Origin: a virus
Taxonomy: Duplodnaviria > Caudoviricetes
Reading direction: 5' to 3' (one strand)
DNA: 59,107 nt
IMG/VR virus record: IMGVR_UViG_3300042934_000561
Span: 1 to 59,107 of that record
The translations under genes and the position numbers were made by a program. The notes beneath the pieces are model-generated. The model saw only the letters and a program-made list of their open reading frames with translations. It was not told the DNA's origin and made no database searches. Below, in pieces: positions 29,400 through 38,119 of this stretch. Position 1 is the first letter of the stretch. Each line of letters starts with the position of its first letter.

Positions 29400-30632
29400 T
29401 TATTTTACTTTTAAGTTTTTCAATAATACCATTGAATCCAAGTTTTCTATTTGAGTATCAACTCTTAAAGTCATTATAAAAGAAGTTGATCTTCTTCTAG
29501 CATGACGTTCAGTTTCCCACTTGATATCTCTTTGTATACCAAATATAAGATTTCTATAGTCAGTAAGTAATAGATCGGATCCATTACAAATTACTTCTAC
29601 AACTGGAGTTCCATTGACATGCCCAAATTGCAATGGAGTTGATAACACTATAGTAGCTCCTGCGACACTACTTACTACTACAGTTTCTTCGTATGCAGTT
29701 CCTATTGCTAAAGTTAAAGACTCTCCGTTAGCTATTCCAGTAGCGTCTGCTACGGTTAAAGTAGTAGCTCCAATAACTGCTCCTGTTGTAGTAGTACTAG
29801 CTCCACCTACTTTTACAACCGGTCTATCAGTTGGCATAAGAGATACTGGAGTTAATGGAATATTTGAATATGTAAGATTTCCAACTCCAAGTAAATATGC
29901 ATCAGCAGTAGATACAGTTCTTGCTCCTAAATAATCGTTGTAATCTTGATATAAATCGTCTGGAACTAAAAATCTTAAATTCTGTTTATTTCCTCTATAC
30001 TTATTTGGAAGAGCTTTAACTACTCTAGAAAGTTTTTCTGGTTCTAAGAATCCATCGGTATTTGAAAATAATCCAGAAGTTCTAGCATCAATAACGTGTC
30101 CTTTATCTTTTCTTAAAGATCCGTCGCCACCGCCAGCTAAAGTTAACCATCCATTTACTAACTGATTAATATCAGTAGCACTGCCTATTTCCCCATCTGG
30201 TAGTCTCTTTCCGTACATGCACATAAGATCTAATTCGTTTGAAGCTTGAGCCGCAATCATTTTCATTAAATGATCTGCAAAAGCATCGTGTTCGATATTA
30301 TCCTCAAGTGAATCATCGGATATCTCTGCAATGGCAATTATTTCTTTAGTAGTCAGAGTTAATTGATCAGTATCAAATGATACAGTATTTCCAGGATCTA
30401 CAGCAGATTTAGCAGGTTTTAATATTTTATTTCCAATACCCACTTTAGCTATAGTTTTAGTAGGAGCATTCATTCTCTCTACCCTAGCATTCTTTTTCAT
30501 AAATGACTGATCTACAATATAGTCTATAAATTTATCAGCTTCGTCAATACTAAGCCCAGTTGACTGAGCATTAGCGAAACTTGTAGGAGTAACTACCCCA
30601 GCCTTGTTAACAAATGTTTTATTAAATGACAT
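29400..30632 (-). CDS. Major capsid protein (HK97 fold, XkdG-like) with inserted beta domain
   Basis: GLSIDEADKFID, ISDDSLEDNIE, LPNKY, NLIFGIQRDI; position after the scaffold. Confidence 0.9.
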   Translation of the reverse strand: MSFNKTFVNKAGVVTPTSFANAQSTGLSIDEADKFIDYIVDQSFMKKNARVERMNAPTKTIAKVGIGNKILKPAKSAVDPGNTVSFDTDQLTLTTKEIIAIAEISDDSLEDNIEHDAFADHLMKMIAAQASNELDLMCMYGKRLPDGEIGSATDINQLVNGWLTLAGGGDGSLRKDKGHVIDARTSGLFSNTDGFLEPEKLSRVVKALPNKYRGNKQNLRFLVPDDLYQDYNDYLGARTVSTADAYLLGVGNLTYSNIPLTPVSLMPTDRPVVKVGGASTTTTGAVIGATTLTVADATGIANGESLTLAIGTAYEETVVVSSVAGATIVLSTPLQFGHVNGTPVVEVICNGSDLLLTDYRNLIFGIQRDIKWETERHARRRSTSFIMTLRVDTQIENLDSMVLLKNLKVK

Positions 30633-30653
30633 TCACGATTCCTCCTCTTTATA

Positions 30654-31352
30654 TTATTCTTGGGATTGATTTCCAAGAAGAGATTTCCAAAATACAGTTT
30701 TTGTACCCTCTTCAGCTCCCTTGGCAACTCCCTCTTTAACAGCATTTGATGGATTTTCCATCTTTTCAATGTTGTCTAACCTTTTAGAAATTTCTGCTAT
30801 AGACTCGGAAATTTTAGAAATTCCATCAACTGACTCTTTCATTTTAGCCACTGTATTTAGAGCTTCATTAATCTCAGATACAGATTTTGTAACATCTTCT
30901 AAAGATTTTTTAACAGCTCCAACCTCATCAGCTTGAGCTTTCTTTTTCTTCTCTTCCTCAGCTTTAGCCTTTTCATCAGCTTCTGCTTGAGCTGACTTTT
31001 GAATTTCATTAATAGATTTATTAACTTGAGCAAAGTTTTTATTAAACGTTTCGGCTAATTCCCCGACAATGTTTTTAACTATTTCTTTAACTTGATCTTC
31101 ATTCATTGTATTCCCTCCCTTATTTATTTCATGATATCTAGTCATTAAATTTTTCATGACATCGACAAAATCATCTTCGGACATTTTAGATAAAGCTTCG
31201 CAAATTTGAGAAGATTGATAATTTTTTAAGACTGCATTATCTGAATCATCAGGATCTTCCATTTTTATTATGGAAAAAGATTCTCCTATTGCGCCCTTAT
31301 CTACAAAAGATACTTCTCCAATTTCTAAACTAGTAAGCTTGTTCTTAGGCAC
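30654..31352 (-). CDS. Scaffold protein carrying the protease EVSFVDKGA segment at its N-terminus
   Basis: GTG start at 31352 after AGGAGGTG; coiled-coil, acidic; directly upstream of the capsid gene. Confidence 0.75.
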   Translation of the reverse strand: MPKNKLTSLEIGEVSFVDKGAIGESFSIIKMEDPDDSDNAVLKNYQSSQICEALSKMSEDDFVDVMKNLMTRYHEINKGGNTMNEDQVKEIVKNIVGELAETFNKNFAQVNKSINEIQKSAQAEADEKAKAEEEKKKKAQADEVGAVKKSLEDVTKSVSEINEALNTVAKMKESVDGISKISESIAEISKRLDNIEKMENPSNAVKEGVAKGAEEGTKTVFWKSLLGNQSQE

Positions 31353-31365
31353 GATTTCACCTCCT

Positions 31366-31779
31366 TTACTCAACTAATGGAATTCTTACACCCTGACCTC
31401 CAATTGAGTAACCTGTGATTTTACCTTCTTTGATCATTTTCCAAATGCTATCATCGGTAACTTTAGTTCCTAAAACCCAGCTTCCCTCAGGATCAATGTA
31501 AGATTCTATAATATAACCAAATCCTCCAACTCCCTTAAAAAACTTATGCATAAACCCTATTTCGCTGGCTTTAGTTTTACTAATACCATCAGTTAATAGC
31601 TCTTGATAAGCTTTTTGCAAGTTAATAAGAAAATTATGAGCCGCTTCTTCAATGTCCTCTTTGGAGACTATATCTCCCTGAAAATCAATTTTGTCTGGTA
31701 CAAGTGCCTTACCATAAACAATTCGCTTATCTTCATCAACTTTGAAGATATCAACAACTTGTTTAAAGCTATTACTCAT
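31366..31779 (-). CDS. Prohead serine protease (XkdF/S78-like core)
   Basis: KRIVYG.ALVPD..D.QGD...EDIEEAAHNF...MH...ESY...GSW...W..IKEG.ITGYSIGG. Confidence 0.85.
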   Translation of the reverse strand: MSNSFKQVVDIFKVDEDKRIVYGKALVPDKIDFQGDIVSKEDIEEAAHNFLINLQKAYQELLTDGISKTKASEIGFMHKFFKGVGGFGYIIESYIDPEGSWVLGTKVTDDSIWKMIKEGKITGYSIGGQGVRIPLVE

Positions 31780-31811
31780 TAGATCACCTCGATCTTGAAA
31801 ATACTCCTATC

Positions 31812-31844
31812 TATATATAGTACATATTATAATCAGGTTTACAA
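31812..31844 (-). promoter_or_regulatory. Candidate late promoter TTGTAA-N19-TATATA
   Basis: Same arrangement upstream of the portal (34933-34965). Confidence 0.5.
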
Positions 31845-31855
31845 TACATTTATGA

Positions 31856-32716
31856 CTATTTTCCGAATATCGAATATAGAATATATTGCTCCTTAAACTT
31901 TTTGAAGTATTCTTGCTCATTAGTGGCTATACTCTGTTTTATAGCGTCTTTATAGCTCGGAAAGTTAAATTTACCGTTCTGTACAGTATATATACTCTTT
32001 GTGTCTTTAACTTTTTTAAAATAGCGTATGTAACTATCGCGTAATTCTGTTATTTGATTGTTAGCACGGTTAATTCCAGTCATTTGCATAGTTGGGGCGG
32101 TTTGTTTTTTGTTTGGTTTATCATACACCCATTTTCCACTTCCATCATAATGTCCATGACCTCCATTAGACCCAGCATTATGAATAGAAGTCATTTGTTC
32201 CAGAGAAGTCATTTTAGCTATATCTGCTCGATATAGTCTTTCAAAATATTCCGGAAATTGCATCATCATATCTAATGAATGTAAAAACGGTCTAAATATT
32301 GGTAACCTTAAGCACTCATATAGTCCTAACCAGTTATATTGAGACACCTCTCGTTCCTGTATTTTAATCTCTCCAGTATACTCTTCACATATAAAGCAGT
32401 ATGAGTTCCAAATGATAACTTCTCCATTTTTCTCAGTTTGGGTAAAAGCCATTCCTAAATATTTTGGGCGTGTTATGTCTAATCCAACTTCCTCTTTGAT
32501 CTCACGAATTACTGCATCTACAACAGTTTCTCCTGGGTCAACAGTTCCTCCAGGAGAGCACCATAAGTGATTATCGGATCGCTCAATACAAAGAATCTTA
32601 TTTTCTTTGTTAAGAATAATACAACCAACTCCCCAGTGTTCTTGATCACTCTCGGATTTAATTCTTAATAAAGTATCGCCCACTATAAAATCCTCCTTAT
32701 TCGATCTTTCATCCAT
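31856..32716 (-). CDS. Nudix hydrolase with C-terminal extra domain
   Basis: Nudix box GGTVDPGETVVDAVIREIKEEVGL. Confidence 0.9.
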   Translation of the reverse strand: MDERSNKEDFIVGDTLLRIKSESDQEHWGVGCIILNKENKILCIERSDNHLWCSPGGTVDPGETVVDAVIREIKEEVGLDITRPKYLGMAFTQTEKNGEVIIWNSYCFICEEYTGEIKIQEREVSQYNWLGLYECLRLPIFRPFLHSLDMMMQFPEYFERLYRADIAKMTSLEQMTSIHNAGSNGGHGHYDGSGKWVYDKPNKKQTAPTMQMTGINRANNQITELRDSYIRYFKKVKDTKSIYTVQNGKFNFPSYKDAIKQSIATNEQEYFKKFKEQYILYSIFGK

Positions 32717-32916
32717 TCCGGATAATGATCTGGAATTTCTTCTCTAGAGGCACGATAACATATAACTCTTGCCGCAGTATAATTAATGTTTGAAACATGA
32801 CAATGAGTTTTTTTGATAGTATTAATCACTGTATAGTACATTCCACGGTTAAAAAAGCTTTTTACTACAATGAAATGCCTTTTTCTATACACGGCATGAC
32901 TTGACATTAGTATCAC
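32683..32916 (-). CDS. Small basic hypothetical protein
   Basis: 77-aa ORF in the head operon with an HCH motif. Confidence 0.55.
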   Translation of the reverse strand: MILMSSHAVYRKRHFIVVKSFFNRGMYYTVINTIKKTHCHVSNINYTAARVICYRASREEIPDHYPEWMKDRIRRIL

Positions 32917-33219
32917 CTACTTTCTTTCAGTTTTCTTCTCATGACACGACCAACATAATGTTTGAAGATTAGATGGACTATTGTTATTACGATTTCCATC
33001 CTTATGATGGACCATTAAATTTTTCTTGCTACCACAAGTTTCACAACTGCTTTTTTTATTTTGAGCATAAGTACTTATTCCGTTTTTATAATTGTTATTG
33101 TTTTTGCCGGCCTGATTATAATTTCCTTTTTTCTTTTCGAGGCATTCTTCAAACTGTTTTTCAACAATCTCAAAAACATCAACCATTACACAATTAACTT
33201 CTGTATAATTAAGCTTCAT
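32917..33219 (-). CDS. HNH endonuclease
   Basis: CETC...HHKDGNRNNN...NL..LCWSCH. Confidence 0.9.
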   Translation of the reverse strand: MKLNYTEVNCVMVDVFEIVEKQFEECLEKKKGNYNQAGKNNNNYKNGISTYAQNKKSSCETCGSKKNLMVHHKDGNRNNNSPSNLQTLCWSCHEKKTERK

Positions 33220-34906
33220 TCTGTAAATCCTCCGAATTAATATTTGAAAGTTTTATGTTTTTTTCAAGTTCCATGTCAAGTTGTTTTAAAACTTTTAGAA
33301 CTACATTTCTTTTCATCGTCAATTCATTCAGCTGAGCATCATTGAATTGAGTGTTTCCTTGAGTTTGCTGTCTACTCTTATCTCCAAATTCGTTTGAAGT
33401 TTCGTTTAAGTTTCCGCTGGCAGTGTTCGCTTGAAGCTCATTAGAAGCCTGAAGTTGTGCTTGACGTATTAGATATATAGGCCTTGGAGTTGATGCCCAT
33501 TCTAGTATATCTTGCTGATCAGCTTCGATGTTATCTTTAGTATACGGCTGTAAATTTAAATCTTGCATTATATCATTAGGAGTCATTGCACCAATTGAAT
33601 AGTATTTTTCATGAGCTCCTGCAATTGTTTTCATTACTTCTGCCTTTTGAGTATCTTCTCCAATATCAAGTTCCTTAAATTCAAGTACTCTATCTTCGAT
33701 TCCAAATCCATAGCGTATAATACGGTTAAACACTGATTGAATTTTTTGTTGAAGTGGTAATACGATAGAGTATTTATAGGTTTTATCTAATTGAAATATA
33801 GTTCCTGGAGAAATAGTACCACTGTTTCCAGAATCTAATACCTGTATCCGATGATGAGGAACTCCGTGTGCAGTGATAATTTCATCTCGATTGTCTTTTC
33901 GATATAATCTAAAACTTCCATCTTTGATATCAGTGGCAAGTGGAATTAATTTAACTTCAACTCCCTTAGGGCTAGTCAGTACTAAAGTTTTGTGGGCGTT
34001 TTTAACTCCTTTTAGATCACTTTTAAAATAATTTTTTATAGAGGTTTTAGTTCCTTCGTCTAATTTACCTCCAGAAACTATTACAGCAAATCTTGGAACT
34101 GCTTCGTTATTAAAAAAATTAATATTATATTCAGCAACTTTATCAGTTCCTACCATAGATTTTACTGCTGGAAACCAATTTGGAATTCCATATTTTCCAC
34201 CATCCACATGATAGTTTCTCATGAAAAGAACCTCTGTCATAACATTCTTAGTATAAGGTTCGATCATAATAGAAAATTTGTCTTTTCCAAAAATCTTAAA
34301 TACTCGTTCATGATTATTAACTATTTGGACCATGAATTTTTCGTCAGTATCCATAATAGCACTTAAGTTTCTAGCAATTCTCATTGTTTCTGTTGGAACA
34401 TGATATAATCCTTTTGGAAGTGCAATCTTATTACGAGTCATTTCTATATTAGTCCATCCAAAAGTCTGATAATCTATTAACATCATTTTACATAGCTCTA
34501 AAAAATCGTCATCTTTAGAACAATGTTCAAAAAAATCATAAAGTATATTATCTTGTTTTTTTCTTTTTCTTTCTATTTTTGGAATTTTGTTCCCAAACTT
34601 ATCTAAAGGAATAATTTCCCAATCCGAACAACAATCAACAGCTATCTGATTAATACATCTTTGATGATACGTATTTTCTCCAGAAAAACTTTTTAAATTT
34701 TTAAATACTAATGTGGGTTTATAAACTAGACCAGACGCATAAGCTTCTCCAAACTGATCTTCGTCAGTATCTAATGCGTTCGATTCGTTCGATTTACTTT
34801 TTCTAGCTTTTTCAAAATAAGAACTGGAAACTACTTCTCCGTCCGATAATAAATAACCTGATACTACAGAATCGTCTTCTTCAATAAGTTCATTTATGTC
34901 AGCCAT
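33209..34906 (-). CDS. Portal protein (PBSX family-like)
   Basis: LYHVPTETMR, YGIPNW, FFNNEAVP, RDEIITAHGVP, PLQ; ATG at 34906 after GGAGG. Confidence 0.9.
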   Translation of the reverse strand: MADINELIEEDDSVVSGYLLSDGEVVSSSYFEKARKSKSNESNALDTDEDQFGEAYASGLVYKPTLVFKNLKSFSGENTYHQRCINQIAVDCCSDWEIIPLDKFGNKIPKIERKRKKQDNILYDFFEHCSKDDDFLELCKMMLIDYQTFGWTNIEMTRNKIALPKGLYHVPTETMRIARNLSAIMDTDEKFMVQIVNNHERVFKIFGKDKFSIMIEPYTKNVMTEVLFMRNYHVDGGKYGIPNWFPAVKSMVGTDKVAEYNINFFNNEAVPRFAVIVSGGKLDEGTKTSIKNYFKSDLKGVKNAHKTLVLTSPKGVEVKLIPLATDIKDGSFRLYRKDNRDEIITAHGVPHHRIQVLDSGNSGTISPGTIFQLDKTYKYSIVLPLQQKIQSVFNRIIRYGFGIEDRVLEFKELDIGEDTQKAEVMKTIAGAHEKYYSIGAMTPNDIMQDLNLQPYTKDNIEADQQDILEWASTPRPIYLIRQAQLQASNELQANTASGNLNETSNEFGDKSRQQTQGNTQFNDAQLNELTMKRNVVLKVLKQLDMELEKNIKLSNINSEDLQNEA

Positions 34907-34932
34907 TATGTTCCCTCCCTTCAATCATACTT

Positions 34933-34965
34933 TATATATAGGACGTATTTTTGATGTAATTACAA
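34933..34965 (-). promoter_or_regulatory. Candidate late promoter TTGTAA-N19-TATATA
   Basis: Matches the element upstream of the protease gene. Confidence 0.5.
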
Positions 34966-34975
34966 TGTTTTTAAT

Positions 34976-35007
34976 AAAAAAAAAGTGTAACCCATCTAGG
35001 CTACACT
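34976..35007 (-). terminator. Terminator after terminase
   Basis: GTGTAGCC..GGTTACAC followed by a T9 run. Confidence 0.6.
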
Positions 35008-36596
35008 TCTTCCGCTTCTACTTTTGCATCTCCACCAATCTCGTCTAGAGTGTTAAATATATATCGAATAGGATCCATTAAATGATTATCTCGGTCTATT
35101 GGTTTATTTCCACCATTTTCAGGATAACGATATGCATTCAATTCCTTAATAACATTAACACAATTACTTGTAATATATAATCTTACATACCCATCAGCGG
35201 TTCTAAGCCAAGATCTTACTCTATCTATTCCGTTAATTAATTCTTTATTAGCACCAATAACTGGAAGTCCTTCGCTTTCCATTTGAGAAATTGCATCAGC
35301 ATTTTCTGTGTCAGCAATCCAAGCTTCACAGTGGTACTGCCTTTGTTTTGGTAACCAATATTTTTGAATTAAAACTGGAGTTTGAGTTCTTCGTATATAT
35401 AGTTCATCAAATATTACAGCATCGCCATTTGGAAGAAATTGCATAAATATTGTACCCGCAGGATCCTCATATCCAAAATCCTGTGCGGCTATACATTTAT
35501 AGTTTGGATTATATTTGAAACTTTCTTGAGAAATTACATGCACTACTTCATCAAATTCTCCATACACAAGACCAGACTTTCCTGGCTTTTTACACTCCCA
35601 CTGAGCATCCCAAGTTTCTCTATCTAATCCAGTAAATTTATCTATAGTATCCTTTAAATCATAGTATCCATCAGAATGTTTAGCTTTAGTTAAACAAACT
35701 TCTACAAGTGGACAAGCCAAACATCCAGTAAATTTTTCTCTATTTGTTCTAATTATGTCAATTCCATAAGCTTTTCCGTGATCGTCCTTATTATGGGAAT
35801 ATACTGTATGATGATGCAATTGATCGTTTTTACTGTCTGGAATAACCAAAGTTGTAGGAACTACTCCGCTCCTAGCGTCTGAACAAGCTTCAATCGTTTC
35901 CCAAATACACCACATATAAAAATTAAATCCCCTTTTCTCACGTTCATCAATTAATCTTTGCATTGGTCCATGAGAAAATTTTCTAGTAGAAGTTATTCTA
36001 GTAGTGGCAGGAACATCTTTAGTCGACTTTGCCATTGATAAAAACTCCATTAAAATTTTCCATTGAGTTAATTCTACTTCGTCAAAATTAGTTTTTTGAG
36101 GATGTGGACCGTTAACTCCAGCCATAGTTCCAGGAAGTACACTAATTTCGCTGCCATTGTTTAACTCAGTTAAACTGATTCTAGGTTCAGTATCCAATAG
36201 ATGTTTAAAATATGGCTTTTTAATAATATCCGTAGTATATTTATAACATTTCTTAGCTTGATCTTCAATAGCCCCTACTGAAGCAATCTCACATCTTTTT
36301 TTACAAGTTGCGTCTAATCCATTTATAATTCCAAAATTTTGAGTTTTACCTCCGTTACGATTAGCAACTACTAAAAACTTTGACTTTCTATCATAAAAAG
36401 AATCACTTACAAAATCAAACGGGGCAACATGGTCAGGACAAACTTTCTTTCTTGGAATATGATATCCTAATATGTTCTTGCAAAACTTAAACAATAAGTC
36501 GTTATCATTAGATTGATATAAGTTTTCAATATTCCAATCTACGTATTTTTGTAACTGTTGATAAAATAAGGCCGGATCTATTTGATTTTGCTCCAT
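35001..36596 (-). CDS. terL: Terminase large subunit
   Basis: Walker A ANRNGGKT, Walker B NFDE, TST coupling motif, nuclease DFGYEDP, and DNHLMDPIRY. Confidence 0.92.
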   Translation of the reverse strand: MEQNQIDPALFYQQLQKYVDWNIENLYQSNDNDLLFKFCKNILGYHIPRKKVCPDHVAPFDFVSDSFYDRKSKFLVVANRNGGKTQNFGIINGLDATCKKRCEIASVGAIEDQAKKCYKYTTDIIKKPYFKHLLDTEPRISLTELNNGSEISVLPGTMAGVNGPHPQKTNFDEVELTQWKILMEFLSMAKSTKDVPATTRITSTRKFSHGPMQRLIDEREKRGFNFYMWCIWETIEACSDARSGVVPTTLVIPDSKNDQLHHHTVYSHNKDDHGKAYGIDIIRTNREKFTGCLACPLVEVCLTKAKHSDGYYDLKDTIDKFTGLDRETWDAQWECKKPGKSGLVYGEFDEVVHVISQESFKYNPNYKCIAAQDFGYEDPAGTIFMQFLPNGDAVIFDELYIRRTQTPVLIQKYWLPKQRQYHCEAWIADTENADAISQMESEGLPVIGANKELINGIDRVRSWLRTADGYVRLYITSNCVNVIKELNAYRYPENGGNKPIDRDNHLMDPIRYIFNTLDEIGGDAKVEAEEV

Positions 36597-36868
36597 TATA
36601 TCACCGTCCCATCCTTAATAAAATCTGAAATTAAAAAATTCCCTAGTTCCGTTGCAATTAAAACACTATTATTATCGAAATTTATATCAATATTTGTTAT
36701 GACTTGTATATCCACAGTTTTATTATACGGCAGTATAGTTACAGATATACGAACACCCATTACTGGGTGTTCGTATGTATCTACCTTAAAATATTGTGGA
36801 TAATTAGAAGCTAAGTATTCCGTCACTGATCGCATGTAATCTAGTTCCACCCTCCTAATATCCTTCAT
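36596..36868 (-). CDS. Hypothetical protein
   Basis: 90 aa, coupled to terL. Confidence 0.55.
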   Translation of the reverse strand: MKDIRRVELDYMRSVTEYLASNYPQYFKVDTYEHPVMGVRISVTILPYNKTVDIQVITNIDINFDNNSVLIATELGNFLISDFIKDGTVI

Positions 36869-36871
36869 AAT

Positions 36872-37192
36872 TTACTCCTCTCTGTTTATACTCCTACGGG
36901 AGTCAAACCCATCTGGGTATCGTTGTTTTAGCTTTTTTAAATTTTTAAAAAGAATAGTTTCAAAATTTAATTCAAGCGCGTCTATAAGTTCTGCTATGTA
37001 CCATAAAGTATCTCCAAGTTCTAGTTGAACTTTTTCTAAGTCCAACTCATGTCCCTGACATTTCCACTTCTTTATAAGTTCCAACACTTCTGCCGATTCC
37101 CCTGATAAACCCATTCCGCCCTCTAAAATCTTGTCCTCTCCACTTAAATGACATGTAGTTAATGCTTTATTACTATATTCTTGGAAGTTCAT
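36872..37192 (-). CDS. MazG-like nucleotide pyrophosphohydrolase
   Basis: GLSGESAEVLELIKK...ELGDTLWY...NLKKLKQRYPDGF; true start MNFQEY after GGAGG. Confidence 0.9.
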   Translation of the reverse strand: MNFQEYSNKALTTCHLSGEDKILEGGMGLSGESAEVLELIKKWKCQGHELDLEKVQLELGDTLWYIAELIDALELNFETILFKNLKKLKQRYPDGFDSRRSINREE

Positions 37193-37376
37193 TAGATACC
37201 TCCTTAACAAGTACAAAATGAGCTCCATAATCAAACTCGCATTCATAGTACATAGATAAGTGTTTAACTCTGACTCTTTTTCTAATAGTATCATTAAAAA
37301 TTACCTTGTAGACATTTTTACTCTGTGATATACAATCTCCAATATTAAATTCTTCAATATTTTTTACAACTGCCAT
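37173..37376 (-). CDS. Hypothetical protein
   Basis: 67-aa ORF within the operon. Confidence 0.5.
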   Translation of the reverse strand: MAVVKNIEEFNIGDCISQSKNVYKVIFNDTIRKRVRVKHLSMYYECEFDYGAHFVLVKEVSNELPRI

Positions 37377-37378
37377 TA

Positions 37379-38107
37379 TTATACCACTCCAAATCCGTCT
37401 AATATAGCTTGCTCTGAGTTAAACTCCTCATCCATATGCATAAAATAAATTTTATTTCGAATCGAAGAATCAAACATACTTAATGCTTTATAATATTGAA
37501 AATGCGGCCAATACTCTTCAGGATTAAAAGCTCTTCCACTAATTTCATGGTAAAACTCATTAATTCTTCCACTTAACAGCATTTGATATATATCTTGTGG
37601 AACTTCGTTAGCATCCCCACTATAGTAAATCGTTTTGTCATTAGTCTGAATTAAATACGCATAGCTAAGTTGTCCCCTATAATGCTCCACCTCTACTGGC
37701 TCTAAGTAGAAATTCAAATTATTATTCTTGTATCCATGCGTTTGACCTTCTCTTAAATCATCAATGTTGTATAAAAGTTTTCTAATTCCCATTTTATACA
37801 ATAAATATTCTAAATCTACTGCATTTGGATATATTATTATTGGAAGAATATCTAAAGCATAATAACAAAAATAAATTAAGTCTCCTAAGGATCCAACATG
37901 ATCTGGATGTAAATGAGTTATAGCCACATGAACACTCGTAACATCCTTTAGTATGAAGTTTCCGCTTTCATCCTGTTCCATTAATTTAGAGAATACAGTT
38001 CCACCGCAGTCTAATAAAAACAAAGAAGTATCAAATTTAATATAAGCTGAATTATTTCCTAATTTAGTGTTAAAAGCTGATCCCTTACCTAAAAAAGTTA
38101 ATTCCAT
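37379..38107 (-). CDS. MBL-fold metallohydrolase (Apyc1/RNase Z-like)
   Basis: LGKGSAF..NNSA..LLDCG..ITHLHPDHVG..H..YSGD..H..MH. Confidence 0.85.
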   Translation of the reverse strand: MELTFLGKGSAFNTKLGNNSAYIKFDTSLFLLDCGGTVFSKLMEQDESGNFILKDVTSVHVAITHLHPDHVGSLGDLIYFCYYALDILPIIIYPNAVDLEYLLYKMGIRKLLYNIDDLREGQTHGYKNNNLNFYLEPVEVEHYRGQLSYAYLIQTNDKTIYYSGDANEVPQDIYQMLLSGRINEFYHEISGRAFNPEEYWPHFQYYKALSMFDSSIRNKIYFMHMDEEFNSEQAILDGFGVV

Positions 38108-38119
38108 AAATCATCCCTC

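Noticed and set aside
25731-34906. PBSX-like defective prophage or contractile tail
   Set aside because: Head genes are PBSX-like, but there is no sheath or baseplate wedge gene; the long TMP and large early region indicate a full siphophage
1981-36803. Short plus-strand ORFs across the structural module, and the nested minus-strand ORF 19701..19931
   Set aside because: They are antisense or out-of-frame shadows of long, well-supported genes and lack convincing RBSs
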